Part shown: positions 9,013-19,510 of the stretch, one piece after another | Layout: every line of letters starts with the position of its first letter | Position numbering within the stretch: the first letter of the stretch is position 1 | Assembly (NCBI GenBank): GCA_965248055.1 | Contig: CBDFIJ010000004.1 | Location: forward strand, 864,001-928,000 | Length of the DNA stretch: 64,000 bases | Direction of reading: 5' to 3' | Source of the DNA: Candidatus Multivoradales bacterium | Lineage (GTDB): Bacteria > Acidobacteriota > Thermoanaerobaculia > Multivoradales > JAHEKO01 | The notes under the pieces: model-generated | The model's input: only the letters and a program-made list of their open reading frames with translations | Told to the model about the DNA's origin: nothing | Databases searched by the model: none | Position numbers and translations under genes: made by a program

Positions 9013-9028
9013 GGGCACAAGTCTTGCT
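9013..9028 (+). promoter_or_regulatory. Putative sigma54 (-24/-12) promoter of the BON gene
   Basis: GGGCACAAGTCTTGCT = GG-N10-GC with GGCAC and TTGC, ~60 bp upstream of the AAGGAG RBS/ATG. Confidence 0.6.
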
Positions 9029-9089
9029 CGACAACAGACTCAACGAGTGGCATCTTGACGCCATCGATCAACCCAAGGAGACCAGAACG

Positions 9090-9635
9090 ATGAAAACGCG
9101 CCTTGCTTTGCAGCTGTTGACCATCGCTTTGCTGGCTGGAGTTACCCTCTCCGGCTGTGCCTCAACCCGTCCTATCAGCGACCAGTTTGAAGACGGAACG
9201 ATCACCACCAAGGTGAAGTCCAAATTGGCGGGCGACCCAGATATCAATCCGTTCAACATTGACGTCGACACGTTAGACGGGGTGGTCACTTTGCGTGGCG
9301 AAGTAGAAAAGGAACGGGCTCGGGATGAGGCGCAACACCACGCAGAAAATACTCGCGGGGTAAAACAGGTGATCAACGAAATTCGTGTGGTGTCGGCCGC
9401 CTATGAAGACGACGAACGCTACTCGGATGTTTGGATCACCACCAAGATCACCACTAAGTACACCGCCGATCCGCAATTGAATCCTTTCAATATCGATGTC
9501 GACACGCAGGATGGTCACGTCACTTTGTCGGGTCGAGTGAAGACCGAGAACGCTCGCAACGAGGCCGAGAAACTGGCCAACGACACCGCCGGTGTGATGA
9601 GTGTCTCAAATCAACTGGAAGTCGAGGCACCGTAG
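9090..9635 (+). CDS. Dual BON domain lipoprotein (OsmY-like)
   Basis: Lipobox LSGC; two repeats of D..ITTK..NPFNIDVDT..G.VTL.G.V. Confidence 0.92.
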   Translation: MKTRLALQLLTIALLAGVTLSGCASTRPISDQFEDGTITTKVKSKLAGDPDINPFNIDVDTLDGVVTLRGEVEKERARDEAQHHAENTRGVKQVINEIRVVSAAYEDDERYSDVWITTKITTKYTADPQLNPFNIDVDTQDGHVTLSGRVKTENARNEAEKLANDTAGVMSVSNQLEVEAP

Positions 9636-9708
9636 CCTAAGCACCCTCGTTTTGCTACTCCAGATCCGCAACTTGGTTCGCTCACGAGTCCGCCACTGGC
9701 GCACCGGG

Positions 9709-10344
9709 GTGTCGAGGATCGAACAGTCGCGCGGTGAAGAGATCGCCAACAGCATCAGCCACGGCGTCGGCCTGGTGGCAGCGCTAGTCGGTACCGGCTT
9801 CTTGATCGCTGCCGCGGTACGACAGGGCCATCCGATGACCATCGCGGCGCTGGCCGTGTTTGCCACCGCGATGATCTTGGTTTACCTGACCTCAACCGTG
9901 TACCACGCCTTACCCCGCAATCGAGCCAAGGAAGTATTTCGGGTGCTGGATCACCTGGCGATCTATTTGTTGATCGCCGGCACCTATACCCCGTTTACTC
10001 TTCTCGTGATGCGTGGCACCTGGGGTTGGACCTTGCTGGGCTTGGCTTGGGGATTCGCCTTGGTCGGCGTCTTGTTCAAGCTCAGCGCGCGGTTTCGCTT
10101 TCCCATTCTTTCGACGGTGATCTATCTGGTGATGGGTTGGATGTCGGTGATCGCGATCCAACCACTGTGGGAAGTTATGTCGGCATGGGGTCTGTTCTGG
10201 TTGGCTGCCGGAGGCTTGGCGTACACCTTAGGCATTCCGTTTTTCGCCGCCAGTCGTCTTCGCTACGCCCATTTTGTCTGGCATTTATTCGTGCTGGTGG
10301 GCACCGGCTGTCACTTCGTGGCAGTCTGGCAGTCGGTTATCTAA
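9709..10344 (+). CDS. Hemolysin III / PAQR family membrane protein
   Basis: EEIANSISHG, STVYH, DHLAIYLLIAGTYTPF and HFVWHLFV motifs; start uncertain. Confidence 0.93.
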   Translation: MSRIEQSRGEEIANSISHGVGLVAALVGTGFLIAAAVRQGHPMTIAALAVFATAMILVYLTSTVYHALPRNRAKEVFRVLDHLAIYLLIAGTYTPFTLLVMRGTWGWTLLGLAWGFALVGVLFKLSARFRFPILSTVIYLVMGWMSVIAIQPLWEVMSAWGLFWLAAGGLAYTLGIPFFAASRLRYAHFVWHLFVLVGTGCHFVAVWQSVI

Positions 10345-10432
10345 CTCGATAGAACGCCGAGCCAGCTAGGCGTTGGCTTCTCCGTTCATACAGCCTTTGG
10401 TGGGGGCCGCCCCTTTAGTCTAGGCAGTTAGT

Positions 10433-10478
10433 CTGGCCATGCAGGCTGGCCATGCAGGCTGGCCGTGCAAACTGGCCG
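10433..10478. repeat. 13-bp tandem repeat (CTGGCCATGCAGG) x~3.4 between convergent genes
   Basis: Read directly from the sequence. Confidence 0.75.
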
Positions 10479-10483
10479 AATAT

Positions 10484-11443
10484 CTAGTCGCCGATCACTT
10501 CGGCGACCGGATGAGCCACGGTCTCGCGCCCAAGGGCGGATAGGATCGATCCGGCAACCACTAGCAGAGCACCCAGCCAAGCGATCGGTCCCAATTTCGA
10601 CCCCAGCTCGGCTTGGGGCCAAAAGAAGATTGCGGCGTAGACCACACCAACCGTGACTAGCGGGGTCAGGGAAATCACCGCGCTGACTCTCGAAACCTCC
10701 CAATGATCCAACGCTTCGGCAAAACAGCCATAGGCGGCCAAAGTATTGAACACACCGAAGGCCAAGAGTCCCCAGCCGAATCGATCCAGAGCTAAGACGC
10801 TGGAGACCTTAACCATCGGCAACAACAGGAGGCCTGACAGGGTGTAGATCAAAAGCAGAATGTTTTCAGAAGGCAGAACTTCCAATAACTTTTTTTGCGC
10901 CAGGGCATATGCCGCCCAGCAGATCGCCGCGACAACGAGTATCGCCACCCCTTTACCTTCGTTGCCGGACAGTGTCAGTAGCGCGGGAATGCGTTGATTG
11001 AAAAACAGCAGCAAGCCGACAACTAGCAGAGCAAACCCAACCCACTGCAGCACCGCGAACTTCTCGTGAAAAATCATCAGCCCACCGACCAAGAACAGCA
11101 GCGGTGCCAACTGAATCACCAACTGGGCGGTCGCCGGTGGAACATAGTTGAGAGCGGTGATGAAGATGACGTAGTTCCCCAGAAGGCCAAAGAGAGCGAC
11201 CACAAACAATCCCCATTCGCGACCACTTAAGCTAGTCAAAGACGGAAGCTGTCCCCTCCACGCCTGATACCCACCCAGCAACAACGCGGCCCCCGCCATG
11301 CGGAACCAGGTTACGGTGTACGGGTCCAAGCGGCGCAATAACAAAGTCAGTGCGACGGCGAGAAATCCCCAAAGCACAGCGGTGCACAAGGCCAGCCCGA
11401 AGCCCAGACGCGGATTACCAAGATGTGTGGCAGACATCGACAT
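10484..11443 (-). CDS. EamA/DMT family transporter
   Basis: About 10 TM helices in two EamA repeats; LWG and FHEK motifs. Confidence 0.92.
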   Translation of the reverse strand: MSMSATHLGNPRLGFGLALCTAVLWGFLAVALTLLLRRLDPYTVTWFRMAGAALLLGGYQAWRGQLPSLTSLSGREWGLFVVALFGLLGNYVIFITALNYVPPATAQLVIQLAPLLFLVGGLMIFHEKFAVLQWVGFALLVVGLLLFFNQRIPALLTLSGNEGKGVAILVVAAICWAAYALAQKKLLEVLPSENILLLIYTLSGLLLLPMVKVSSVLALDRFGWGLLAFGVFNTLAAYGCFAEALDHWEVSRVSAVISLTPLVTVGVVYAAIFFWPQAELGSKLGPIAWLGALLVVAGSILSALGRETVAHPVAEVIGD

Positions 11444-11519
11444 CCGGTGACTTTACGGCAAGTCGCCAGATGCCGATAGTGACAGGAGTTGCCAGAATCA
11501 GGTTGCCCCTCAAGCAGCG

Positions 11520-12333
11520 TTACCGTCGCCCCAGTGTGCGCGTGACTCCCAGGTGTATTCCGATATCAGGACTGTTGTCGAAATTTGCTACGTTCTCCGT
11601 AACCCCAATGAAAAGGACCTGAGAACCTAGGACGTGCTTGAACCCCAAAGTTACTTGTGTCGAAATCGCCGCCAGTTCTTCCAGCTTCAAGTCTGCAAAT
11701 GGGCTCTGCAACAGGGTGGCCTGAATCAGTACCGTACTCTTATCTCCCACAACTCGCTCAAAACCAATCATCCCTGAAGTTCGCACTTGATCATTCAGGC
11801 CGAGTTGCTCCATCTCGCCAAGCATCAATGCACCTATAGACAGGTGTAAGCATGACTTTCGGAAGTACTGCGTGGCCAAGAATTCCACACCGAAATCGAG
11901 CGATCCGGAACTGGTAAACGCACTCGACTCCCCGGTAGGCAGTTTGATTTTGCCGCCAATCGCCAACTCCAACGACTTCGACCTTCGGCGCGGGAACAAA
12001 TCCGTTTTCACGCCCAGGATAATGTCCCCTAGGGAAAGCGCCGGATCATCGCCGACAAAAAGCTCCTGTTCACCGGATTGAACAAATACCACGAACCCAT
12101 CTTGGTTGGCGCCCAATCGACCAGCTTGCCCAAGGCTGAAGAGCTCGTGAAACCCCTCGATCGTCGAGTCGAGGAAGCCACCTTGAAAGCTGATGGTATG
12201 AACCAATATCTCGACCTGGGTGCCATGACCAATTCCACGGCGTAGCGCTAGTGCAGCGCGATAATGCTCCCCGTCGACCAGAAATAGACCGCCACCAGGA
12301 TTTTCAGACTCGACTGCGCGCAGCCAGCTTTCA
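11520..12333 (-). pseudogene. 5'-truncated outer-membrane beta-barrel protein (DUF3187-like)
   Basis: GGFLDSTIEGFHELFSL, KLPTG..SGSLDFG and ENVANFDNSPD motifs; no signal peptide; the reading frame begins inside the IS end. Confidence 0.65.
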
Positions 12334-13118
12334 CTAGGGCGTGTTAACACTAGATATAGCATCGACAATGAGTGCGAAGTGTATAAAGAATGTGAAGATT
12401 ATGTCCAATTTGTCGAAGCGTGAGAATATCCGACGAAACCCCTTCAAGCGACGAAACAAGCGCTCGACTTCATTGCGCTTCTTGTACATTTCTCGGTCGT
12501 ATTGCCAAGGTTGTAATCGATTGCTTTTCGGCGCCACAACAGGTGTAAGACCAAGATCGAGCACGAGTTGGCGTGTTTCATTACCTTCATACGCTCGGTC
12601 CATAATCATGTATTTGGCCGATAGGGTTGTTTCTCTCAATAGTTTACGCCCCTCTGGCGCGTCAGCAGCATTGCCAGGAGACAGAGAAAAATTCACTGCG
12701 GTCCGAGCATCTGCGGCAACCATATGAATCTTTGTAGTCCATCCTCCCCGCGACTTGCCGATCGCCTGTGGACCGTTTTTTTTAGAGCGCCCGTTCCATC
12801 AGGGTGTACCTTAACCGCTGTGCTATCGAGTGAAACCGCCTCAACACGGACCTGAATGACTTGCTGGCGTTGCAGTTCACTAAACACTCGATCCAGCACG
12901 CCTTTCTTTGCCCAACGGTTCATACGCGTATAGACGGTATGCCAATTACCAAAACGCTTCGGCAGCCCGCGCCACTTACAGCCATGTTCTGCAACGTAAA
13001 GTATCGCGTTGAGCACCTGGAGGTTATCTAACGATACATTGCCACGCTGTCGTGGAAGGAAAGGCTCGATTCGGGCAAATTGTTCTATTGTTATTTTCAT
13101 CCACCGAGTATACATCAA
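12334..13118 (-). CDS. IS5 transposase, two ORFs joined by a programmed -1 frameshift
   Basis: orfA has WRGLPKRFGNWHTVYTRMNRW and LDSTAVKVH; A8 slippery site at 12776-12783; the -1 frame reads KKNGPQAIGKSRGGWTTKIH, DRAYE and YKKRNEVERLF..FRRIFSRFDK. Confidence 0.92.
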
Positions 13119-13135
13119 CTAGTGTGAACACGCCC
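12337..13135 (-). mobile_element. IS5 family (IS427-group-like) insertion sequence, 799 bp
   Basis: 17-bp TIRs GGGCGTGTT(A/C)ACACTAG (16/17 match); flanked by TA within a CTAG context; visibly more AT-rich than the flanks. Confidence 0.93.
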
Positions 13136-13314
13136 TAGTTTCTGTTCGCCTTCGTTACCGGTGTCTTTGTTCGCCGCAGCGGCATCAACCGCCTGCTGAA
13201 ATTCGGCAAATGAGAGCGCATTGCTAGCGTGATAGATGTGCGCCTGCCCAAGCTTAGGGCGACTTCGATTACAATTCGAGCCTGATTTGCAGCAACGCAC
13301 AAGAGGAGTACCCC

Positions 13315-13911
13315 ATGCGATTCAAGATTATCAGCGCAGCCATATTGATTCTCACCCTCGGATTTGTTGGTGAGACTCTAGTCGCTCAAGACCTTCATCC
13401 CTCCCGGCGGCCAAGCCCCATGGGGATGTCTCGAATCACCGTCGGCGACACCTACATCCGCGTGGTCTACAGCCGTCCGTACAAGCGCGACCGCGACAAT
13501 ATCTTTGGCACCACCGAGTCCGAGGCCTTGGTGCCCTACGGCGAAGTCTGGCGCACAGGCGCCAACGAGGCCACTGAGATCACGGTGACCAACGACGTGA
13601 CGATCGGCGACCAGATCTTGGCAGCAGGAACCTATTCGATCTTCACCACTCCTAACGAGGAGAGCTGGACGGTTCATTTCAACAGCGCCCTCGGCTTGAC
13701 CGGTGCTGGTACCTTCGACCCTGAGAACGGCTTTACCCCGGTCGAACTGGGTTCAACTGAAGCGCTGGTCGTCACCGCCTCAGTCGGTACTCTGGAAGAA
13801 GAAGTCGATCAGCTGACCATCGCCATGGACGCTACCGATTCCGGTGCCGATATGTGCCTGCGGTGGATCATCACCGAAGTTTGCGTCCCGTTCACCGTCG
13901 CTAACGAGTAG
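13315..13911 (+). CDS. DUF2911 domain secreted protein
   Basis: Signal peptide; SP..YSRP..R.IFG..LVPYGEVWRTGANEAT..AGTYSIF motifs. Confidence 0.9.
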   Translation: MRFKIISAAILILTLGFVGETLVAQDLHPSRRPSPMGMSRITVGDTYIRVVYSRPYKRDRDNIFGTTESEALVPYGEVWRTGANEATEITVTNDVTIGDQILAAGTYSIFTTPNEESWTVHFNSALGLTGAGTFDPENGFTPVELGSTEALVVTASVGTLEEEVDQLTIAMDATDSGADMCLRWIITEVCVPFTVANE

Positions 13912-13936
13912 TCGTCCACCCTAGGTTGGCACTGTC

Positions 13937-13963
13937 GCGGCGAAGCCCCTGGGTTTCGCCGCG
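13937..13963 (+). terminator. GC-rich hairpin downstream of the DUF2911 gene
   Basis: GCGGCGAAGCCC-CT-GGGTTTCGCCGC inverted repeat; no clear U-tract. Confidence 0.4.
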
Positions 13964-14049
13964 CAAGGTCGGACCTTGCTGGTCTGCACATGCTGTGCTT
14001 GGCACATGCTGGCCCGGCATATAATTCGCAATGAGGTAGTCGGGGTTGG

Positions 14050-16032
14050 TTGCAGTCGAGGAAGGAGATGGAATTTCTTCCATCTGAACAGCCAGCGGGA
14101 AACTGGGCTCGCGATGACCGACTCTTACGATCGTTTGCGCTTCTCGATGAAGCGTCCCACTTCACCGAATCTAGCTATTCGACAATCAACTTGCGAGACA
14201 ACGTGCGCCAATCATTGAACGCCCATCCAACGGCAAACGGTAGCCGACTAGCCCCGATTCCACGCCAAACTTCTGGAGTCGATCGATCTCGCTCTGGGCA
14301 ACGGAATACGCCGGTATGGGTCGCACTGACCTTGGTGATCGGGGTGTTGACAATCGGAGCGTCGCTACCGCTTCGCGGTCAGGAAGCGTTGGGAAATGAG
14401 GCCGACGAAACCGTTTTTATCGAGACCACAAACGTCCGTGTGGTTAATGTGGATGTTTATGCAACAACTAGGGATGGTAGCCCGGTTACCGATCTCGAAG
14501 CAGAAGACTTCCACCTTGAGGAAGACGGTCGACCTGTCGCGTTGACCAACTTCTACAAAGTCGTGGACGGCATTCCGGTCAACCAGTTCATCGAAACCCC
14601 GACGGGCACGCAATCAGAAAACGTGCCCGCGATCCCCGAATCGCCTGGCCCTCCCACCGGCCAGCCGCCAGCACAGCAACCGGAAGTTCCAGAGACCCAA
14701 CGTCTTTGGTTGGTTGTCTATTTGGACAACCACAACATGAATCCAATCCATCGTACCCGCGTCCTGGCACAGCTCAATGAGTTCATTGACGCCAGTGTGC
14801 GCGGCGGCGATTACGGAATGTTGGTCAGTTACAACCAAACGCTCAAAGTACACCAACCGTTTACCGACAACTCGTCAGCGTTAATTCGAGCGGTGGGAGA
14901 CTTGGAGAAAGCGTCTGGGCGCCCCACATCTTTCGCCCGCGAGCGAATAGACCTTCTGCGCGATATCGAAGAAGCCGAAGTCCAGGGGGTTCTAGCTGGC
15001 CGGATTCGACAGTACGCGCAGTCTGTTGAGGTCGATCTGCGATTCACCTTGGAGTCGATGACCGATATGGTCCGTTCCTTGGCAGGGTTGCCTGGGCGCA
15101 AGGCAATGCTCCATGTCTCTGACGGCATGCCGATGACGCCAGGCAAGGATCTCTACTACGCACTGCGGAATAGATTTCAGGACGCTCCAGCGTTCGCTGG
15201 CGCCTCGGAATTCGACATGACTCGGCGACTTCGGCATTTGGAGCAATTGGCCAATTCGAACCGGGTGTCCTTTTTCACTCTCGATGCAACTGGACTGCAA
15301 ATGCCTTCCGGTTTCTCTGCGGAGAATCGGGGCGGCACCTTCGCCAATGACATGCGTAGTTCGGTCGACTCCTTGCATCAGGGCAACTACCAAGACTCGA
15401 TTCGCAGGATCGCGGTGCGCACCGGTGGTGTTCCGATTCTCAATACCAACAATGCAGCACCAGCCTTGCGTAAAGTCAGCAAGAGTCTACGCAGCTACTA
15501 TTCCCTCGGATACGCGCCCCTTCAGCAGGAGGACGGGCGTTACCATCACATCGAGCTCAAAGTTGACCGGCCTGGGGTGCAGATTCGTTACCGTGAGGGT
15601 TACCGTAGCAAAGACACAGCAACCCTGGTTGGCGAATCGCTACAGGCAGGAATGCGTTATGGCATTCAAACCAATCCACTCGCCGTTCGCGTCGAGATTG
15701 GAGAACCAGAGCCCTACGCGGACGGTTACCTGCTACTGCCGATGACCCTTCGCATTCCGATTGGCAAACTCCTTTTGGTACCACAAGGAGCGAAATATCG
15801 GGCTCAAGTGGATCTATTCTTCTCGGCGTTGTCTGACGAAGGAAAGGCAGCCGACCTGGTTCGGGACACCATCAACCTGGAGATCCCTCCGGAAGATCTC
15901 CAGGTCGCTCAGAACCAGATTTATCGCTTCGATACCAAACTGCAAATCAAGCCCGGCCCCCAAAGGGTTGGCATCGCAGTGCGCGATATCCTGGCCGACA
16001 AGACGTCGAAAATCGTCTACCCGCTTCACTAA
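14050..16032 (+). CDS. VWFA-related Acidobacterial domain protein (true start probably downstream)
   Basis: VVNVDVYAT..G.PVTDL...DF...EDG, LPGRKAMLHVSDG, TGG, YYSLGY and YREGY motifs. Confidence 0.88.
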   Translation: MQSRKEMEFLPSEQPAGNWARDDRLLRSFALLDEASHFTESSYSTINLRDNVRQSLNAHPTANGSRLAPIPRQTSGVDRSRSGQRNTPVWVALTLVIGVLTIGASLPLRGQEALGNEADETVFIETTNVRVVNVDVYATTRDGSPVTDLEAEDFHLEEDGRPVALTNFYKVVDGIPVNQFIETPTGTQSENVPAIPESPGPPTGQPPAQQPEVPETQRLWLVVYLDNHNMNPIHRTRVLAQLNEFIDASVRGGDYGMLVSYNQTLKVHQPFTDNSSALIRAVGDLEKASGRPTSFARERIDLLRDIEEAEVQGVLAGRIRQYAQSVEVDLRFTLESMTDMVRSLAGLPGRKAMLHVSDGMPMTPGKDLYYALRNRFQDAPAFAGASEFDMTRRLRHLEQLANSNRVSFFTLDATGLQMPSGFSAENRGGTFANDMRSSVDSLHQGNYQDSIRRIAVRTGGVPILNTNNAAPALRKVSKSLRSYYSLGYAPLQQEDGRYHHIELKVDRPGVQIRYREGYRSKDTATLVGESLQAGMRYGIQTNPLAVRVEIGEPEPYADGYLLLPMTLRIPIGKLLLVPQGAKYRAQVDLFFSALSDEGKAADLVRDTINLEIPPEDLQVAQNQIYRFDTKLQIKPGPQRVGIAVRDILADKTSKIVYPLH

Positions 16033-16036
16033 TCCT

Positions 16037-17797
16037 GTGACTCATTTCTCCAGTCTGCAAGGGCTGCGTTCCTCTCTTTTCTTGAGTCTCGTCGGCCTCT
16101 CGTGCGCGTTGACTGGGGGAACCGATCAACTATCCGCCCAGACACCGCCACAGACACCGACCGTGCAGCCGCCTTTCGTTGATGTCAGTGAGCGCGCCGA
16201 ACTCGATTTCGTCCACTTCAACGGGATGACCGGTGAGTACTACTATGCCGAAATCGTCGGTCCCGGAGTGGGGTTGTTTGACTACGACCGCGACGGCGAC
16301 CTGGATATTTTTCTTCCGCAGGGGAAGTTATTGGGCGCTGAAAAGACAATCGACGATGCAGCATTTCAACCTGCAAAGAGATTTCAACAAGGCGGTCGTT
16401 TGTACCGCAATGAACTAGTTCCCTCTGGCGATCTCAGATTCACCGATCAGACCGCGGAGAGTGGAATTAGGGCGAACGGATATGGCATGGGTGTGGCAGT
16501 GGGAGACTACGACGGCGACGGATGGCTCGATCTATACCTAACCAATCTCGACGACAATCAATTGTTGCGCAATGAAGGCAACGGAAGGTTCACCGATCAA
16601 ACCAAATCGGCAGGAGTCGAAGAGGCTCGCTGGAGCGTTAGCGCGACGTTCTTTGACTACGACGGCGACTCCGACGAGGACCTGTTCGTAGTCAACTACG
16701 TCGACTTCTCCATCAGTGAGCACAAACCGTGTTTTCGCAAATCGAGCGCTCGGGACTACTGCGGACCGCAGTCTTACAATCCGTGGCCAGACCGCTTGTT
16801 CAGCAACCAAGGAGACGGCACCTTTCGCGACGCGGGGACCGCCAGCGGAATTGCGCAATTGCCCGGAGCAGGGCTCGGCGTCGTGGTGTTTGATGCCAAT
16901 GGCGACACCAAGCCGGATCTTTACGTGGCAAACGACGGCATGCAGAACTTCCTCTGGACCAATCAGGGGGACGGCACTCTCAGCAATCAGGCGCTCATGG
17001 CCGGGGTCGCCGTCAACATGAGCGGTGCTGCCGAGGCGAGCATGGGCGTCGATGTCGGCGATTTTGACAACGACGGCGACGACGACATTTTTATCAGTCA
17101 TTTGAGTCGTGAGACCAACACTCTTTACGTCAATGACGGCAGCGGTGGGTTTTCTGATCGCACGGTGCTGCAGGGACTGGGCCCTGGGAGCATCGCCTTC
17201 ACGTCCTTTGGAACCGGGTGGTTCGATTTCGACAACGACGGTCTGTTGGACGTATTCCTCGCCAACGGTGAAGTCAAAGTCATTGAAGAGCTGGCACGCC
17301 AGAAAGACCCCCTGCCGATTCATCAACGCAACCAGTTGTTTCGCAACCATGGAGAGCGATTTCAACAGGTGCAGCCGTTCGCCAACGCGACCGGGGACCT
17401 TTCTGAAGTCAGTCGTGGTGCCGCGTTTGGTGACATCGACAACGATGGGGATACCGACATCGTGGTCGCAAACAACGCTGGCCCAGTCAGGCTGTTAGAA
17501 AACCTGCTGGGCAACCAAAACTCGTGGATCGGTTTCGAACTCGTTGATCCAAGAAGTGCTTCCGGTGCAGTCAATGCGAGGGTAGTCACCCAGCTCCCAT
17601 CCGGAAGATCGCTGTCGAGACGCTCTCGCCGGGACGGCAGTTATGCCTCCGCCAACGATCCGCGGATTGTAGTTGGCCTGCTGGACACCCAAAAGCCGGT
17701 CACCGCAGTCGTTCACTGGGCGGATGGATCGAGTCAAACGTTTGCCAACTTAGCGGTCAATCAGTACCACCGGTTGAAGAAAAGTGCTTCGAAATAG
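16037..17797 (+). CDS. CRTAC1 family protein (FG-GAP/VCBS repeats + ASPIC/UnbV)
   Basis: Multiple DYDxDGxxD repeats; ASMGVDVGDFDNDG; SRGAAFGDIDNDGD; C-terminal GSYASAND..VG. Confidence 0.93.
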   Translation: MTHFSSLQGLRSSLFLSLVGLSCALTGGTDQLSAQTPPQTPTVQPPFVDVSERAELDFVHFNGMTGEYYYAEIVGPGVGLFDYDRDGDLDIFLPQGKLLGAEKTIDDAAFQPAKRFQQGGRLYRNELVPSGDLRFTDQTAESGIRANGYGMGVAVGDYDGDGWLDLYLTNLDDNQLLRNEGNGRFTDQTKSAGVEEARWSVSATFFDYDGDSDEDLFVVNYVDFSISEHKPCFRKSSARDYCGPQSYNPWPDRLFSNQGDGTFRDAGTASGIAQLPGAGLGVVVFDANGDTKPDLYVANDGMQNFLWTNQGDGTLSNQALMAGVAVNMSGAAEASMGVDVGDFDNDGDDDIFISHLSRETNTLYVNDGSGGFSDRTVLQGLGPGSIAFTSFGTGWFDFDNDGLLDVFLANGEVKVIEELARQKDPLPIHQRNQLFRNHGERFQQVQPFANATGDLSEVSRGAAFGDIDNDGDTDIVVANNAGPVRLLENLLGNQNSWIGFELVDPRSASGAVNARVVTQLPSGRSLSRRSRRDGSYASANDPRIVVGLLDTQKPVTAVVHWADGSSQTFANLAVNQYHRLKKSASK

Positions 17798-17824
17798 ATT
17801 TCGCCAATCGTTCTCCCAGGGACA

Positions 17825-19477
17825 ATGACCGCAGTGCGACGCGTTTCCCGACTCCTTTCATCCGCTACTCTGGCAGCGCTGGCAGCGCTGGCAGCGTTGG
17901 TGGTAGCTCAATCAGCAAGTGCACAATCAACCCGTGTCGAACAGAGCTCGGAGGAAACACGGAAATGGGGCTCCAGCCTTTTGGCAATGATCCCGAAACC
18001 CAACACCGAAGGTCTGGAACCAAGGGTCACCGCGCTGCTAGAGAGCAGCTATATGAGTTTGGTAGATGTTTTTGACCCTTCCTCCGAGGAGAGCGCTCTT
18101 GAGCAAGCCGAGACGTTGGGGATGGCGGGGGAAGTGTTCCACGCCCACGCCGCATTGGGATCAGCGATCGCTAGCTATCGTTTGGCGCACGAACGTGACC
18201 CTCAGAACGCACGCTGGCCCTACCTGCTGGGCGTAATTGCCAAAGGACAAGGAGCCTTAGAGGAGAGCCTGACACTGCTCGGCCGTGGCCACGAGCTGAG
18301 GCCAGACCCATTCACCATGTTTCGTATCGCTCAGATTTATCTGGAGCAGGGACGTATCGAAGAGGCTGTCTCGGTCCTTGAACCCTTGCGGGAAATCGAA
18401 GGACTACAGGCGGCGACGCTGGCTGAAATGGGCAAAGCGGCGCTACTCATCGGCGATTTCTCCATTGCAGTCTCCCATTTCACCGACGCACTAGAACAAC
18501 AACCGGAGGCGGTCAGCCTTCACTTCCCCCTCTCGCAAGCCCATCGTGGTAGTGGCGATCTCGACTTAGCTCAGCACCACGCAGAGCTGGGGGGGCAGCG
18601 AAAGGTACGGGCGCTTGATCCGATCCTTCAACAAGTCGGCGAGCGTTCGGTGAGTTCAGAAACCTACGTCACCATGGGAGCGCAAGCGCTGAGAACCGGA
18701 CAGGCGGAGATTGCCGGCGCTGCCTACAGCAAGGCGGTGGAACTCAACCCAGAAAACTATCGCGCTTGGATGAACCTTGGCGTTCTGGCGATGGAGGCAG
18801 AGAACTATGCCAACGCTGAAGATCTGTTTCGCAAGGCCCTGGAACTAGACCCTGAATATGGTTTCGCCCATTTCAATCTGGCCGAGGTGCTGGTCAAAAT
18901 AGATCGCCCGGGCGACGCTCTGGAGCATTTGCGCCAAGCGGTGGTGGTGAACCCCAGCAACGTGGAATTCGGCATGGCCTACGCCGACCAGTTGATGCAC
19001 GCCGAGAACTGGACCGAGGCAGCCGCTCAATACCAACAGGTGGCGAAGGAGGCTCCAGACTTCGCCCGACCACGTCATCTGCAGGCTTTGGCCTTGGTCG
19101 CGCTTGACGACTTCGACGCCGCCTTTGGCTCGATCCGCGAGGCGTGGAAGATTGACCCGACTAACGTCTCTGTCGCCAGTGCGTTGATACGTCTGGCCTC
19201 AACCTCAGGCTCGGACGAGACAGCGAGAGCCGAAGCCTTGCAAGTCGCGAAAGAGCTCTTCCAACACGAACAGTCGGTGGAAAACGGAGAGCAGCTGGCA
19301 ATGGCGTTTGCCGCAACCGAGCATTTTGCCTTGGCGGTACAGATTCAGGAATCAATTACGCAAGTAATGCAAGACAGTGCTGCACCCACCAAAATCCTCT
19401 CATTTGCGCTGGAGAATCTGCGGCGATACAAGAACCAAACAACCGCGCTCGCCCCCTGGCCCGCAGGCTCTTTCTAA
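17825..19477 (+). CDS. Exported tetratricopeptide repeat protein
   Basis: Signal peptide; repeated A..L.P...A..NLG/A TPR motifs. Confidence 0.88.
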   Translation: MTAVRRVSRLLSSATLAALAALAALVVAQSASAQSTRVEQSSEETRKWGSSLLAMIPKPNTEGLEPRVTALLESSYMSLVDVFDPSSEESALEQAETLGMAGEVFHAHAALGSAIASYRLAHERDPQNARWPYLLGVIAKGQGALEESLTLLGRGHELRPDPFTMFRIAQIYLEQGRIEEAVSVLEPLREIEGLQAATLAEMGKAALLIGDFSIAVSHFTDALEQQPEAVSLHFPLSQAHRGSGDLDLAQHHAELGGQRKVRALDPILQQVGERSVSSETYVTMGAQALRTGQAEIAGAAYSKAVELNPENYRAWMNLGVLAMEAENYANAEDLFRKALELDPEYGFAHFNLAEVLVKIDRPGDALEHLRQAVVVNPSNVEFGMAYADQLMHAENWTEAAAQYQQVAKEAPDFARPRHLQALALVALDDFDAAFGSIREAWKIDPTNVSVASALIRLASTSGSDETARAEALQVAKELFQHEQSVENGEQLAMAFAATEHFALAVQIQESITQVMQDSAAPTKILSFALENLRRYKNQTTALAPWPAGSF

Positions 19478-19510
19478 GGCCTCAAGTCGGGTAAGGATTC
19501 GGGCAGAAAT

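Noticed and set aside
15761-16036. Long overlap between the VWA and CRTAC1 ORFs (similar cases at 8895-9089, 29273-29440 and 58312-58422)
   Set aside because: ORF-caller start extension; better downstream starts remove the overlaps.
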